The notes under the pieces are model-generated. The model was not told the DNA's origin and did not search any database. It saw only the letters and a list, made by a program, of their open reading frames with translations. A DNA stretch of 64,000 nucleotides, taken from sequence record NC_029091.1; one strand, written 5' to 3'. Origin of the DNA: Escherichia phage APCEc01. The position numbers and the translations under genes are program-made. Positions 55,973 through 64,000 of this stretch are shown one piece after another; position 1 is the stretch's first letter, and each line of letters starts with the position of its first letter.

Positions 55973-56793
55973 AGCCTACTATTTTGACTGATATTGATGG
56001 TGTATGTTTAAGCTGGCAATCTGGACTTCCTTATTTTGCCCAAAAATATAACCTTCCATTAGAACATATTTTAAAAATGATTCAGGACGAAAAATTTATT
56101 TCTCCTGGTAAACTGTTCAATACCGACGATAACCTTGGTAAACAATTAATAGAAAAATATAATAGCTCTGATTTTATTCGTTACTTAGCGCCTTATTCTG
56201 ATGCTCTTCGAGTTATCAATAAACTAAAAGAAGACTATAATTTTGTAGCCGTGACGGCGCTAGGTGATTCAATTGATGCTCGATTGAATAGACAATTTAA
56301 TTTGAATGCTTTGTTCCCAGGCGCTTTCTCTGAAGTAATGATGTGTGGTCATGATTCTTCAAAGGAACAATTATTCGAACTAGCTAAAACAAAATATAAC
56401 GTAATTTGTTACGTTGACGATTTAGCTCATCATTGTGACCATGCGGCAGAAATTCTTAATGTACCGATTTATTGGTTGGCTCGTGGTGAACGTGATGCCA
56501 TTCCTCGTACTGCACAACGTGTACACACGTGGGATGATATTGAATCTCGTTTGGTTCTGCCTAAGAATAATTCAGATTCAGATCGTGAAGACCTTTTAAA
56601 ACGATTGGCGGATTTGCTTAAAGAATCTGGTGCAACAAGTCCAGGTGCATGGCCCAATCAAATTGGTGGCCCCTCGACAACACGTACTCCATATACCTGG
56701 CGAACCCAAGGACCAACTGATATGCAGCCGTGGTGGACGATTCAAAACTTTCCTTTAGATTCGTCTAAATGGACTTGGTCTATAAATTGTTAA
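55969..56793 (+). CDS. HAD-superfamily phosphatase-like protein (30.2 position)
   Basis: 274 aa. N-terminal DxDG motif LTDIDGVCL and a later YVDD. Trp/Pro-rich C-terminal tail. Confidence 0.6.
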   Translation: MKPTILTDIDGVCLSWQSGLPYFAQKYNLPLEHILKMIQDEKFISPGKLFNTDDNLGKQLIEKYNSSDFIRYLAPYSDALRVINKLKEDYNFVAVTALGDSIDARLNRQFNLNALFPGAFSEVMMCGHDSSKEQLFELAKTKYNVICYVDDLAHHCDHAAEILNVPIYWLARGERDAIPRTAQRVHTWDDIESRLVLPKNNSDSDREDLLKRLADLLKESGATSPGAWPNQIGGPSTTRTPYTWRTQGPTDMQPWWTIQNFPLDSSKWTWSINC

Positions 56794-56802
56794 GGGTTAA
56801 TT

Positions 56803-57072
56803 ATGTTTGTAGTTCATGATATTACAGATGGCAAAAATACCACACGTGACTACGGTCACGTTAACATGTTCTTTCGAGACTGGCCATTGTTTCGTTCAGT
56901 AAAAGACGCAGAAATATTTAAAGAGTGTGTTGAACAAGGGTTCATCTACATTTCAGAATACTATGTTGAAGGACTCGGTAAATGGATTACAACTTATCAG
57001 AAAACGCTGAAATCGCTTCTAGATGAAGTGGCTTATAATAGAACCGTAACCAAAATCGAGGACATCAAATGA
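56803..57072 (+). CDS. Hypothetical protein (89 aa), 30.1 position
   Basis: AAGGG SD. 4-nt overlap with the ligase gene. Confidence 0.6.
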   Translation: MFVVHDITDGKNTTRDYGHVNMFFRDWPLFRSVKDAEIFKECVEQGFIYISEYYVEGLGKWITTYQKTLKSLLDEVAYNRTVTKIEDIK

Positions 57073-58562
57073 TTTTAGATATTTTAAACCAAATAGCTGC
57101 GATCGGTTCTACTAAAACAAAACAGGAAATCCTTAAGAAAAATAAGGACAACAAATTACTTGAACGTGTGTATCGTTTAACATATGCACGTGGTATCCAG
57201 TATTATATTAAGAAATGGCCAGGACCAGGTGAAAGGTCTCAAGCGTATGGTCTTCTTGAATTAGATGACATGTTGGATTTTATTGAGTTCACATTAGCCA
57301 CTCGTAAACTCACTGGTAATGCTGCAATTAAAGAGCTCATGGGTTATATCGCTGATGGTAAACCTGATGATGTAGAAGTCCTTCGTCGTGTAATGATGCG
57401 CGACCTTGAAGTAGGTGCTTCAGTGTCTATCGCGAATAAGGTGTGGCCTGGACTTATTCAATTGCAACCACAGATGTTAGCATCTGCATATGACGAGAAA
57501 TTGATTACTAAAAATATTAAATGGCCCGCATTTGCCCAATTAAAAGCAGATGGTGCTCGTTGTTTCGCTGAAGTTCGCGATGATGGTGTTCAATTCTTTT
57601 CTCGTGCCGGCAATGAATATCATGGTCTTACTCTATTAGCGGATGAACTAATGGAAATGACTAAAGAAGCTCGTGAAAGACACCCTAATGGGGTTTTAAT
57701 CGACGGTGAATTAGTTTACCATTCATTTGATATTAAAAAGGCTGTGAGCTCAGGAAATGACCTGTCGTTCTTATTTGGTGATAATGAAGAATCCGAAGAA
57801 GTACAAGTTGCGGACCGTAGCACTTCAAACGGTTTAGCAAATAAATCTCTTCAAGGGACTATTTCTCCTAAAGAAGCTGAAGGTATGGTTCTTCAAGCCT
57901 GGGACTATGTTCCTTTAGATGAAGTCTATTCTGATGGCAAAATTAAAGGTCAGAAATACGATGTTCGTTTTGCTGCTCTTGAAAATATGGCTGAAGGCTT
58001 TAAACGAATTGAGCCAATTGAAAATCAGTTAGTTCGTAATCTTGACGAAGCTAAAGTGGTTTATAAAAAATATGTTGACCAAGGTCTTGAAGGTATTATC
58101 CTTAAAAACCGTGATTCGTATTGGGAAAACAAACGTTCTAAGAACCTAATTAAATTTAAAGAAGTTATTGATATCGCTTTAGAAGTTGTAGGATACTATG
58201 AACACTCTAAAGACCCTAACAAATTAGGTGGTGTCGAACTCGTATCACGTTGTCGTCGTATTACAACCGATTGCGGTTCAGGTTTTAAAGATACAACTCA
58301 TAAAACAGTTGACGGTGTAAAGGTTCTTATTCCTTTAGACGAGCGTCATGATTTAGACCGTGAACGATTAATGACCGAAGCTCGTGAAGGTAAATTAATT
58401 GGACGTATCGCTGATTGTGAATGTAATGGTTGGGTTCATTCTAAAGGCCGTGAAGGCACTGTAGGTATTTTCCTCCCAATTATTAAAGGGTTCCGTTTTG
58501 ATAAAACAGAAGCGGATTCGTTTGAAGACGTATTTGGACCGTGGTCCCAGACAGGTTTATAA
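57069..58562 (+). CDS. 30: ATP-dependent DNA ligase gp30
   Basis: 497 aa. Adenylation motif AQLKADGAR, and EGIILK, LIKFK motifs. Confidence 0.95.
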   Translation: MILDILNQIAAIGSTKTKQEILKKNKDNKLLERVYRLTYARGIQYYIKKWPGPGERSQAYGLLELDDMLDFIEFTLATRKLTGNAAIKELMGYIADGKPDDVEVLRRVMMRDLEVGASVSIANKVWPGLIQLQPQMLASAYDEKLITKNIKWPAFAQLKADGARCFAEVRDDGVQFFSRAGNEYHGLTLLADELMEMTKEARERHPNGVLIDGELVYHSFDIKKAVSSGNDLSFLFGDNEESEEVQVADRSTSNGLANKSLQGTISPKEAEGMVLQAWDYVPLDEVYSDGKIKGQKYDVRFAALENMAEGFKRIEPIENQLVRNLDEAKVVYKKYVDQGLEGIILKNRDSYWENKRSKNLIKFKEVIDIALEVVGYYEHSKDPNKLGGVELVSRCRRITTDCGSGFKDTTHKTVDGVKVLIPLDERHDLDRERLMTEAREGKLIGRIADCECNGWVHSKGREGTVGIFLPIIKGFRFDKTEADSFEDVFGPWSQTGL

Positions 58563-58750
58563 TGAAAGCTTATTTAGAAACAGTTATTGTAGCTAAGAAG
58601 GATGGTGGAGATGTTTCCACCTCTTGCTCTCAGATTATATTAGATTTTCCTAATAACGATTCCTATCATATTTTTATGGACAATTTCGATAAGTACGAAA
58701 AAGGCTCTAATTTTGAAGTTTATCGTACTTTGCTTCCGATTGTGGATTAA
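58562..58750 (+). CDS. Hypothetical protein (62 aa)
   Basis: TAATG coupling with the ligase gene. Followed by a terminator. Confidence 0.55.
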   Translation: MKAYLETVIVAKKDGGDVSTSCSQIILDFPNNDSYHIFMDNFDKYEKGSNFEVYRTLLPIVD

Positions 58751-58769
58751 GAGCCTTCGGGCTCTTTTT
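58751..58769 (+). terminator. Intrinsic terminator
   Basis: GAGCC-TTCG-GGCTC followed by T5. Confidence 0.85.
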
Positions 58770-58777
58770 GGCATAAA

Positions 58778-58785
58778 TATAAATT
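58778..58785 (+). promoter_or_regulatory. Probable late promoter for alt
   Basis: TATAAATT (7 of 8 match to TATAAATA) 21 nt upstream of the alt ATG. An overlapping CATAAATA lies at 58772. Confidence 0.5.
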
Positions 58786-58805
58786 ATTACTAAAAGGAAA
58801 ACACT

Positions 58806-60893
58806 ATGTCTGAACAATTAAATGAAGTGTTTGAATCTGAAGGCAGTCTTCCTGTCGTCAATTTGAACCCTAAAGCTAAAGTTCCACAAGTCTGGAAAAT
58901 TGGTGATATCGATACAAATATTGTAGTTCGTTTATTCTCTTACCTTTCCGAAGGCGACGCTGTAAAACAAGTTAAACTTGGCGACAAATACGCTCATGTT
59001 GTTATTATGAGTCTGTCTGAAAAGGGTAATCTCGCTGAATTGAAAAATGGCCTTGGTCCTGCTCCTATTGATGCAATCAACACCATTTTCAATACAGTAT
59101 ATGAACAAGTTAAAGCTCTTCGTATGGATGCAGTTCTGTTCCGATTCCCTACCAAGAAATTGAAAGGACGTGGACAACAGCTTCAAACTCTTCTTGCTCG
59201 TTTAGTTTCTACTAAAACCGGTGGTCGTTTTAAAGTATTGTCGGCAATGTATCAATTCACAGGTAAACACACCTATGTGATGATGGTTCGTAAAAATGCC
59301 AACATTGAAGATATTAAAGGCATCCCTAACATTAACACAGAGTTGTACACGAAAGTAGATTCTGATGTTGGCGAAGTTTATGTGAGTAAAAAGACCGGCG
59401 AAAAAGTCACCAAAGAAACGGCTATCGCTGGTTCTATTGCTGCTGTAGAAGAAAAACGTAAAGATAAGCCTGTTATTGCTCGTACTAAAATTTCTCGTCG
59501 TGCTATTGCCGCAAGCCAATCTTTAGAAGCTGACCGCCAAGAAGGTGAGTTATTCCAGAAATACGAAAATTCTGCTAAAGAAGTTAGTGGCCCGGCTACA
59601 GCCGAATTACTTCCTGAAGCATATGAAATCGTACTAGCCCAAGCATCATCCACAGCAAAAGGCACTTTAGTTGCTGATATCGAAAATAAGATTTATAATC
59701 GTATTGATGAATCCTTTAGATTTGCTGATGAAGTTTCTTATGGTAGTGTTATTAAGCCAACTTTAGAAAAGTTTGCTAAGAAAATTAAAACTGAAAAAAC
59801 AACATCTGTTAAAGCATTAGCTGCTTTTGTTGAAGCTGCAAACGAAATTGCGGACTCTATTAAAGACGAATGGTTTGAAGATTTTAGACGTGATAATTTC
59901 CAACTGGCCGACGATGTTTTAGCTGAAGTATCTGAAAAAACTTGGAAACAACGTAAATCAGCGTTCTTGTCTAATGTGATGTATACTTATGCACGAGAAT
60001 CGGCTAGAGGCACCTTTAATATAACAATGAATCGGGACCCTAAACAATACTCTGTTGCTGAAAAACGAGCTATTCGCGAATATGCCTCTTCTGCGTATAC
60101 CGATATCAATAATATGTTGTTAGGCCGTTATAAACCGGATTTTTATGATGTTGCAGATGAAGATGAAGTTAAACGCGCTATTGATGGTCTTGATTCGGCG
60201 TTTTTAAATGGAGACCGTTTACCTGAAGGACTAACGTTGTATAGAGCCCAGTCTATCAGAATGCCTATTTACGAAGCAATGGTTAAAAATAAGGTATTCT
60301 ACTTCAGAAACTATGTTTCTACTTCATTAGCTCCTATTATTTTTGGTGGGTTTAAAGAGAACGTTGCCCTTGGACTTGCTCCTGAAGAAGTTCGCAAAGA
60401 GCTTAACATTGACAATAATGACGAAGGTGTTACTATTTCTCCTAGCCTGGCACGTACCGCTATGCATGCGCCAGAACAAATTCGTGTTAATGTTGGATGG
60501 GCCATTGATGGCGCTCATAAAGTTAACGTGATTTATCCCGGACAGTTGAGTAATCACCCTAATGAGCAAGAAATTATTTTGCCTAGAGGCATTCTCTTGC
60601 AGATAAATAAAATTACAGATGCGTCATCTGACACTGGTGCAGGTTTAGAATCCAACCTTAAATTTATTCAAGCTGAAGTCATGTCCTCGGACCAGTTGGA
60701 CGAAGCTGTCATTTACGATGGTGATGTTCTCATGGAAACAGGCGAGGTAGTTGCTATGACGGGTGAAATCGAATCAGATGAGCCGGTATCTTTTGCCTCA
60801 TTTGTAGAAAAAACTAGTGCACCTAAAGGTTTGAAATTGTTAGCATCTTTAATGGATTTAGAATCAGTTCCGTTTAAATTTATCCAAGGATAG
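58806..60893 (+). CDS. alt: Packaged ADP-ribosyltransferase Alt
   Basis: 695 aa (T4 682). C-terminal ART triad LYRAQS, YVSTSLAP, EQEIILPRG. Lies between 30 and 54. Confidence 0.88.
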   Translation: MSEQLNEVFESEGSLPVVNLNPKAKVPQVWKIGDIDTNIVVRLFSYLSEGDAVKQVKLGDKYAHVVIMSLSEKGNLAELKNGLGPAPIDAINTIFNTVYEQVKALRMDAVLFRFPTKKLKGRGQQLQTLLARLVSTKTGGRFKVLSAMYQFTGKHTYVMMVRKNANIEDIKGIPNINTELYTKVDSDVGEVYVSKKTGEKVTKETAIAGSIAAVEEKRKDKPVIARTKISRRAIAASQSLEADRQEGELFQKYENSAKEVSGPATAELLPEAYEIVLAQASSTAKGTLVADIENKIYNRIDESFRFADEVSYGSVIKPTLEKFAKKIKTEKTTSVKALAAFVEAANEIADSIKDEWFEDFRRDNFQLADDVLAEVSEKTWKQRKSAFLSNVMYTYARESARGTFNITMNRDPKQYSVAEKRAIREYASSAYTDINNMLLGRYKPDFYDVADEDEVKRAIDGLDSAFLNGDRLPEGLTLYRAQSIRMPIYEAMVKNKVFYFRNYVSTSLAPIIFGGFKENVALGLAPEEVRKELNIDNNDEGVTISPSLARTAMHAPEQIRVNVGWAIDGAHKVNVIYPGQLSNHPNEQEIILPRGILLQINKITDASSDTGAGLESNLKFIQAEVMSSDQLDEAVIYDGDVLMETGEVVAMTGEIESDEPVSFASFVEKTSAPKGLKLLASLMDLESVPFKFIQG

Positions 60894-60922
60894 TTTACAA
60901 ACACATGGATGTGTGATACTAT
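60893..60922 (+). promoter_or_regulatory. T4-type early promoter within a stem-loop
   Basis: GTTTAC, 18-nt spacer, TGa + TACTAT. ATGGATG/CATCC(c)AT inverted repeat. Confidence 0.7.
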
Positions 60923-60951
60923 CATCCCATCAACAACATGAGGAAAACGTT

Positions 60952-61245
60952 ATGAAATCTATGCTTCGCTTTAATGGTCAAGAACTAGTAGTTGAAGATG
61001 CTATCCCAGCGGATGATGTTTTTAACGAAGCTGTGATTGACGAATTGAATCGAGTATTCCCAGGTGCATTCCATATTGCTATGGAACCTCTTAAAAACTT
61101 TCGTGACCCTGAGCACACTGATCAAATTTTTATCGGTGTGGTGACAGGTCATTTAGAAACAGAGGTACCAATGGTCGTATTAGTTAAATACTCTAAAGAT
61201 GATACTCCATTCCGAGCACCAGCATTCCTTTCATTCCGTAAATAA
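60952..61245 (+). CDS. Hypothetical protein (97 aa)
   Basis: GAGGAA SD. The track start at 60913 lies inside the promoter and is rejected. Confidence 0.65.
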   Translation: MKSMLRFNGQELVVEDAIPADDVFNEAVIDELNRVFPGAFHIAMEPLKNFRDPEHTDQIFIGVVTGHLETEVPMVVLVKYSKDDTPFRAPAFLSFRK

Positions 61246-61251
61246 ACCCCT

Positions 61252-61276
61252 AAAGGGAGACAACGTCTCCCTTTTT
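61252..61276. terminator. Bidirectional terminator between convergent early and late units
   Basis: AAA-GGGAGAC-AAC-GTCTCCC-TTTTT lies between the + ORF stop (61245) and the gene 54 stop (61278). Confidence 0.8.
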
Positions 61277-61277
61277 C

Positions 61278-62240
61278 TTATAGTCCTAAAACTCTTGACG
61301 CAGAATTCACCACACCTGTCAATGTGTTTATATTAGACACACCACCAGCAGTCCCACCTAATCTAGAAAGTCTTGATACTGCACTTCCTAGACCAGAATC
61401 ATTCTGATTATTTCCAAACATTCCTGAAACACTACTAATAAGTCCTGATTCCAGCCATTCTAAAGCGGCCTGTCTATTTACAGCACCTGATTGCATAACG
61501 CGATAAGCAAATGTTACATCAAAAACTGTTATCTGATTATCACCATCATACGTTAACTCAGGAGAAGAGACACTAACAGGAATACATCCTGTGAACATGA
61601 CAGCGGTATGTGGTAAACCATTTCGTGCGTGTAAATTAACCTGAATATCTGCTTCGACGTCTTGTGGTAAAGCACGAAGACCTGTTACAGGGTCTTGGAC
61701 TGAGTTTACCCAGTCTTGCATTGCTCTAAAGTTAGATGCTTCAGAATCCATTCTAAAGCTTATTACTAACGGGTCCATTTCACGGCCGGTAATTCGGATG
61801 TTCGGGGAGTTATAGTTGAAATCCGTTTCATAAGATAATCGGTTCTCAGGCATTTTTACAGAATAAATCATTAAACCTGTATTATTATATGCCATATTGA
61901 AGAAGTCTATCAGATAAGCTCCTACTGTGAACTCACCTAACAAGCTTTGTACCGTACGTTGACTCATTGCTCCAATCAGGTATTTACTTATACCTGATTT
62001 TCGAATTAATTTCTGTGTTCCTGCTGTAATCAGGGTTGTTACGCCCTGATTGATATCACCTTGAGACAATCCTAGCCAATCTGAATCCAACCCTAAGTTA
62101 TTATAAGCAAAACTACCAATTGACGAAATTAGTGAAGACGATTTGGTTGATGGTGTAGTAGCAAATACACAACTAAACATATTGTTTCGTTGGAAATCTG
62201 CATTTATAGCTTGGTTATTAAATTCTTCTAAAGAATACAT
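61278..62240 (-). CDS. 54: Baseplate tail-tube initiator gp54
   Basis: 320 aa (same as T4). Adjacent to alt, then 48 and 29 as in T4. Confidence 0.88.
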   Translation of the reverse strand: MYSLEEFNNQAINADFQRNNMFSCVFATTPSTKSSSLISSIGSFAYNNLGLDSDWLGLSQGDINQGVTTLITAGTQKLIRKSGISKYLIGAMSQRTVQSLLGEFTVGAYLIDFFNMAYNNTGLMIYSVKMPENRLSYETDFNYNSPNIRITGREMDPLVISFRMDSEASNFRAMQDWVNSVQDPVTGLRALPQDVEADIQVNLHARNGLPHTAVMFTGCIPVSVSSPELTYDGDNQITVFDVTFAYRVMQSGAVNRQAALEWLESGLISSVSGMFGNNQNDSGLGSAVSRLSRLGGTAGGVSNINTLTGVVNSASRVLGL

Positions 62241-63349
62241 TAGAAAGTCCCCGCATAAAGTGAAGAACGGTTTAATGTAATAATTTCTCGCATTGTTATC
62301 TCTAACGTAAATGTTGATGGTAAGTTAGGAGCAACAGCGAGACCATTAAATTGTCCATTTGGAGTTTTATCAAAACGTACGCTTTGAATTTGACATGGAC
62401 CAAATACGTCAGTTAATCCATCAAATTTAGACGTATAACCAAAGTTTTTAACCATCCAAATTGTAGGGTTGCTTACAACTAATACATTTGTTAATGACGC
62501 AGTAATCTTTTCAAACAATGTCTTATTTTTTACTGCATCATCTGGCGTCATAGGCTCAATAAACGTTGAACGGTACCATTCGTCTAAATAACTTTTAATC
62601 TCTTGGGCGTACTGTGATTTACCGGTCTCACCATATGAGAAATAGTTAAAATACTGGTAAATGTTTATAATAGCCATAAGGTCTTCAGTTGAACGCGGAG
62701 TTAAATCCCATGTAAAGACTTTGGTACGGTTCTCAGCACCACCGTACATACTACGAGAAGTCGTATAAATCTGTTCGTTATTATCGGCCATAAGCCCTTG
62801 AGTAATAGAATCTAATGCACCAAAAACTGCAGTAGAAGCAATGTTACTTAAAACACCCGTAGCAGTACCTCCACCTTTAGTAATAAGGCTATCACCGATA
62901 TCATTAAAACGATGTGAAGTTGTATCAACATCAGATTTGGAACGTGGCAAAAGTATATTAGCAACAGGAGTTTTGTTTATAGTGGACTTATTAGCTCCGG
63001 CAGGAAGCAAGCCATTTGAGAATTTAGTCACTGCATCTTTCACGTTGTCAGTTAAATCTGATATGATACCATTAGATGAAGTCCCGGCATACGCCGGACG
63101 TAAATTCCTGAGGGATCCTGAATCGCGTGCAGACATATTGTACGCGGTAAATAATAATCCATTCTTATAAAGGTCTGTTACCTGGAAGTCTCCTGTGGAG
63201 TCATTTCCGGCTGCTCTTCCTGTAGGAAATTGAGCAACATAAGTTTTAGTAGTTGTTTCGGTTTTAGTGCTTTGCCCGGCACTTTCTGAGACTGGGATTG
63301 CTTTATTTAAATCCTTTGCATCTACTACTATTTCTTTTACACTAATCAT
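62240..63349 (-). CDS. 48: Baseplate tail-tube junction protein gp48
   Basis: 369 aa (T4 364). 1-nt overlap with gene 54. Called from synteny. Confidence 0.85.
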   Translation of the reverse strand: MISVKEIVVDAKDLNKAIPVSESAGQSTKTETTTKTYVAQFPTGRAAGNDSTGDFQVTDLYKNGLLFTAYNMSARDSGSLRNLRPAYAGTSSNGIISDLTDNVKDAVTKFSNGLLPAGANKSTINKTPVANILLPRSKSDVDTTSHRFNDIGDSLITKGGGTATGVLSNIASTAVFGALDSITQGLMADNNEQIYTTSRSMYGGAENRTKVFTWDLTPRSTEDLMAIINIYQYFNYFSYGETGKSQYAQEIKSYLDEWYRSTFIEPMTPDDAVKNKTLFEKITASLTNVLVVSNPTIWMVKNFGYTSKFDGLTDVFGPCQIQSVRFDKTPNGQFNGLAVAPNLPSTFTLEITMREIITLNRSSLYAGTF

Positions 63350-63357
63350 AATAATCC

Positions 63358-64000
63358 TTAATTAACACCGGTGGCATGGAAAATTCCAGGAGCCGTTGTA
63401 CTTGTTACAGGGGTCATATTCTGGACTACGGTATTCTTTTTGACGACATTATTTGTGTTACTAATCGCCGCTACCGGTTGCTGTTGTTTAGATTCAGAAG
63501 CACGTCCTTTCTCTATTGACTGAACTTGTTTTGCTTCCGGAGATTTAGACGAAGATTCAGGCTTAACTGTTGTCTGAGCCTTTTTGGCTTCAGCCATTTT
63601 ATTATTTAGCTTTTCAAATCTAGCATCTAGTTCCTTTTTAACAACAGGAGTTTTATTAAGTTCAGGGTCTTTAATAAGTTTACTTAAATCAGCATAAGAC
63701 TTCTCGACGTTTTTAGCATTTTCCGGATTAGTCATATCGATTTTATCGATATAATCCTCAAATCTAACCAGTGCCGCACGAGTTTCATTAGCTTTTATAT
63801 ACGCCTCTTTACGCTCCTCTTCAGGTAACTCTTTTAATTTTGCTGATTCCGCAGCACGCTCATCGCTTGTACTAAACTCTTCTTTATTGTCATTACCACG
63901 AACCCAGTTAGTAACGAATGTTTTGCCGCGTTGTAACATATCAAGACCTTTAGAAACGGTTCCTAATTCCCCATCGTCACGTTTCATTTGATATTTAGCG
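63358..64000 (-). CDS. 29: Baseplate hub/tail-length determinant gp29, C-terminal part (5' end outside the window)
   Basis: The frame stays open to the window edge. Lies upstream of 48 as in T4. Charged coiled-coil-like sequence. Confidence 0.75.
   Translation of the reverse strand, partial: AKYQMKRDDGELGTVSKGLDMLQRGKTFVTNWVRGNDNKEEFSTSDERAAESAKLKELPEEERKEAYIKANETRAALVRFEDYIDKIDMTNPENAKNVEKSYADLSKLIKDPELNKTPVVKKELDARFEKLNNKMAEAKKAQTTVKPESSSKSPEAKQVQSIEKGRASESKQQQPVAAISNTNNVVKKNTVVQNMTPVTSTTAPGIFHATGVN

Overview
This window is a contiguous segment of a T-even (T4-like) myovirus genome. From memory of the protein sequences (Soc, fused gp39, T4-type gp38) it is closest to the RB69 group. Gene order follows the T4 map: 61 primase, 56 dCTPase, soc, modB/modA, srd, dda, dexA, 39, rIIA/rIIB, ndd, 52, motA, asiA, then a minus-strand late block (t, 38, 37, 36, 35, 34). 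It continues with rnh, dsbA, 33, 59, 32, frd, td, nrdA, nrdB, denA, rnlA, alc, spanins, pseT, cd, 31, rIII, 30 ligase and alt, and ends in a second late block (54, 48, partial 29). Early and middle genes are on the + strand, usually behind T4-type early promoters (GTTTAC, 17-18 nt spacer, TGn-extended -10). Many of these promoters sit inside inverted repeats, like the promoter-early stem-loop (PeSL) cassettes described for T4-type phages. Late genes follow TATAAATA boxes, and cUUCGg hairpins act as terminators. I found no tRNA, rRNA, CRISPR array, intron or homing endonuclease. The features that depart from the T4 template are listed here.
- An apparently intact AroG-type DAHP synthase sits next to cd.
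- A GT-B glycosyltransferase lies between gene 39 and rIIA. This is the interval I recall as holding the RB69 arabinosyl-hmC transferase candidate.
- A NADAR-like ORF occurs alongside three ADP-ribosyltransferases (ModA, ModB, Alt).
- The 61.1-dmd cluster is replaced by a convergent small membrane ORF.
- A paralog family is triplicated in tandem, and a second two-domain family is dispersed across the window.
- Several micro-membrane peptides fall below the ORF-track cutoff.
- About 300 nt downstream of rIII is ORF-poor and rich in hairpins.
All functional calls rest on reading the translated ORFs, remembered T4/RB69 sequences, visible motifs and synteny. No database search was run.
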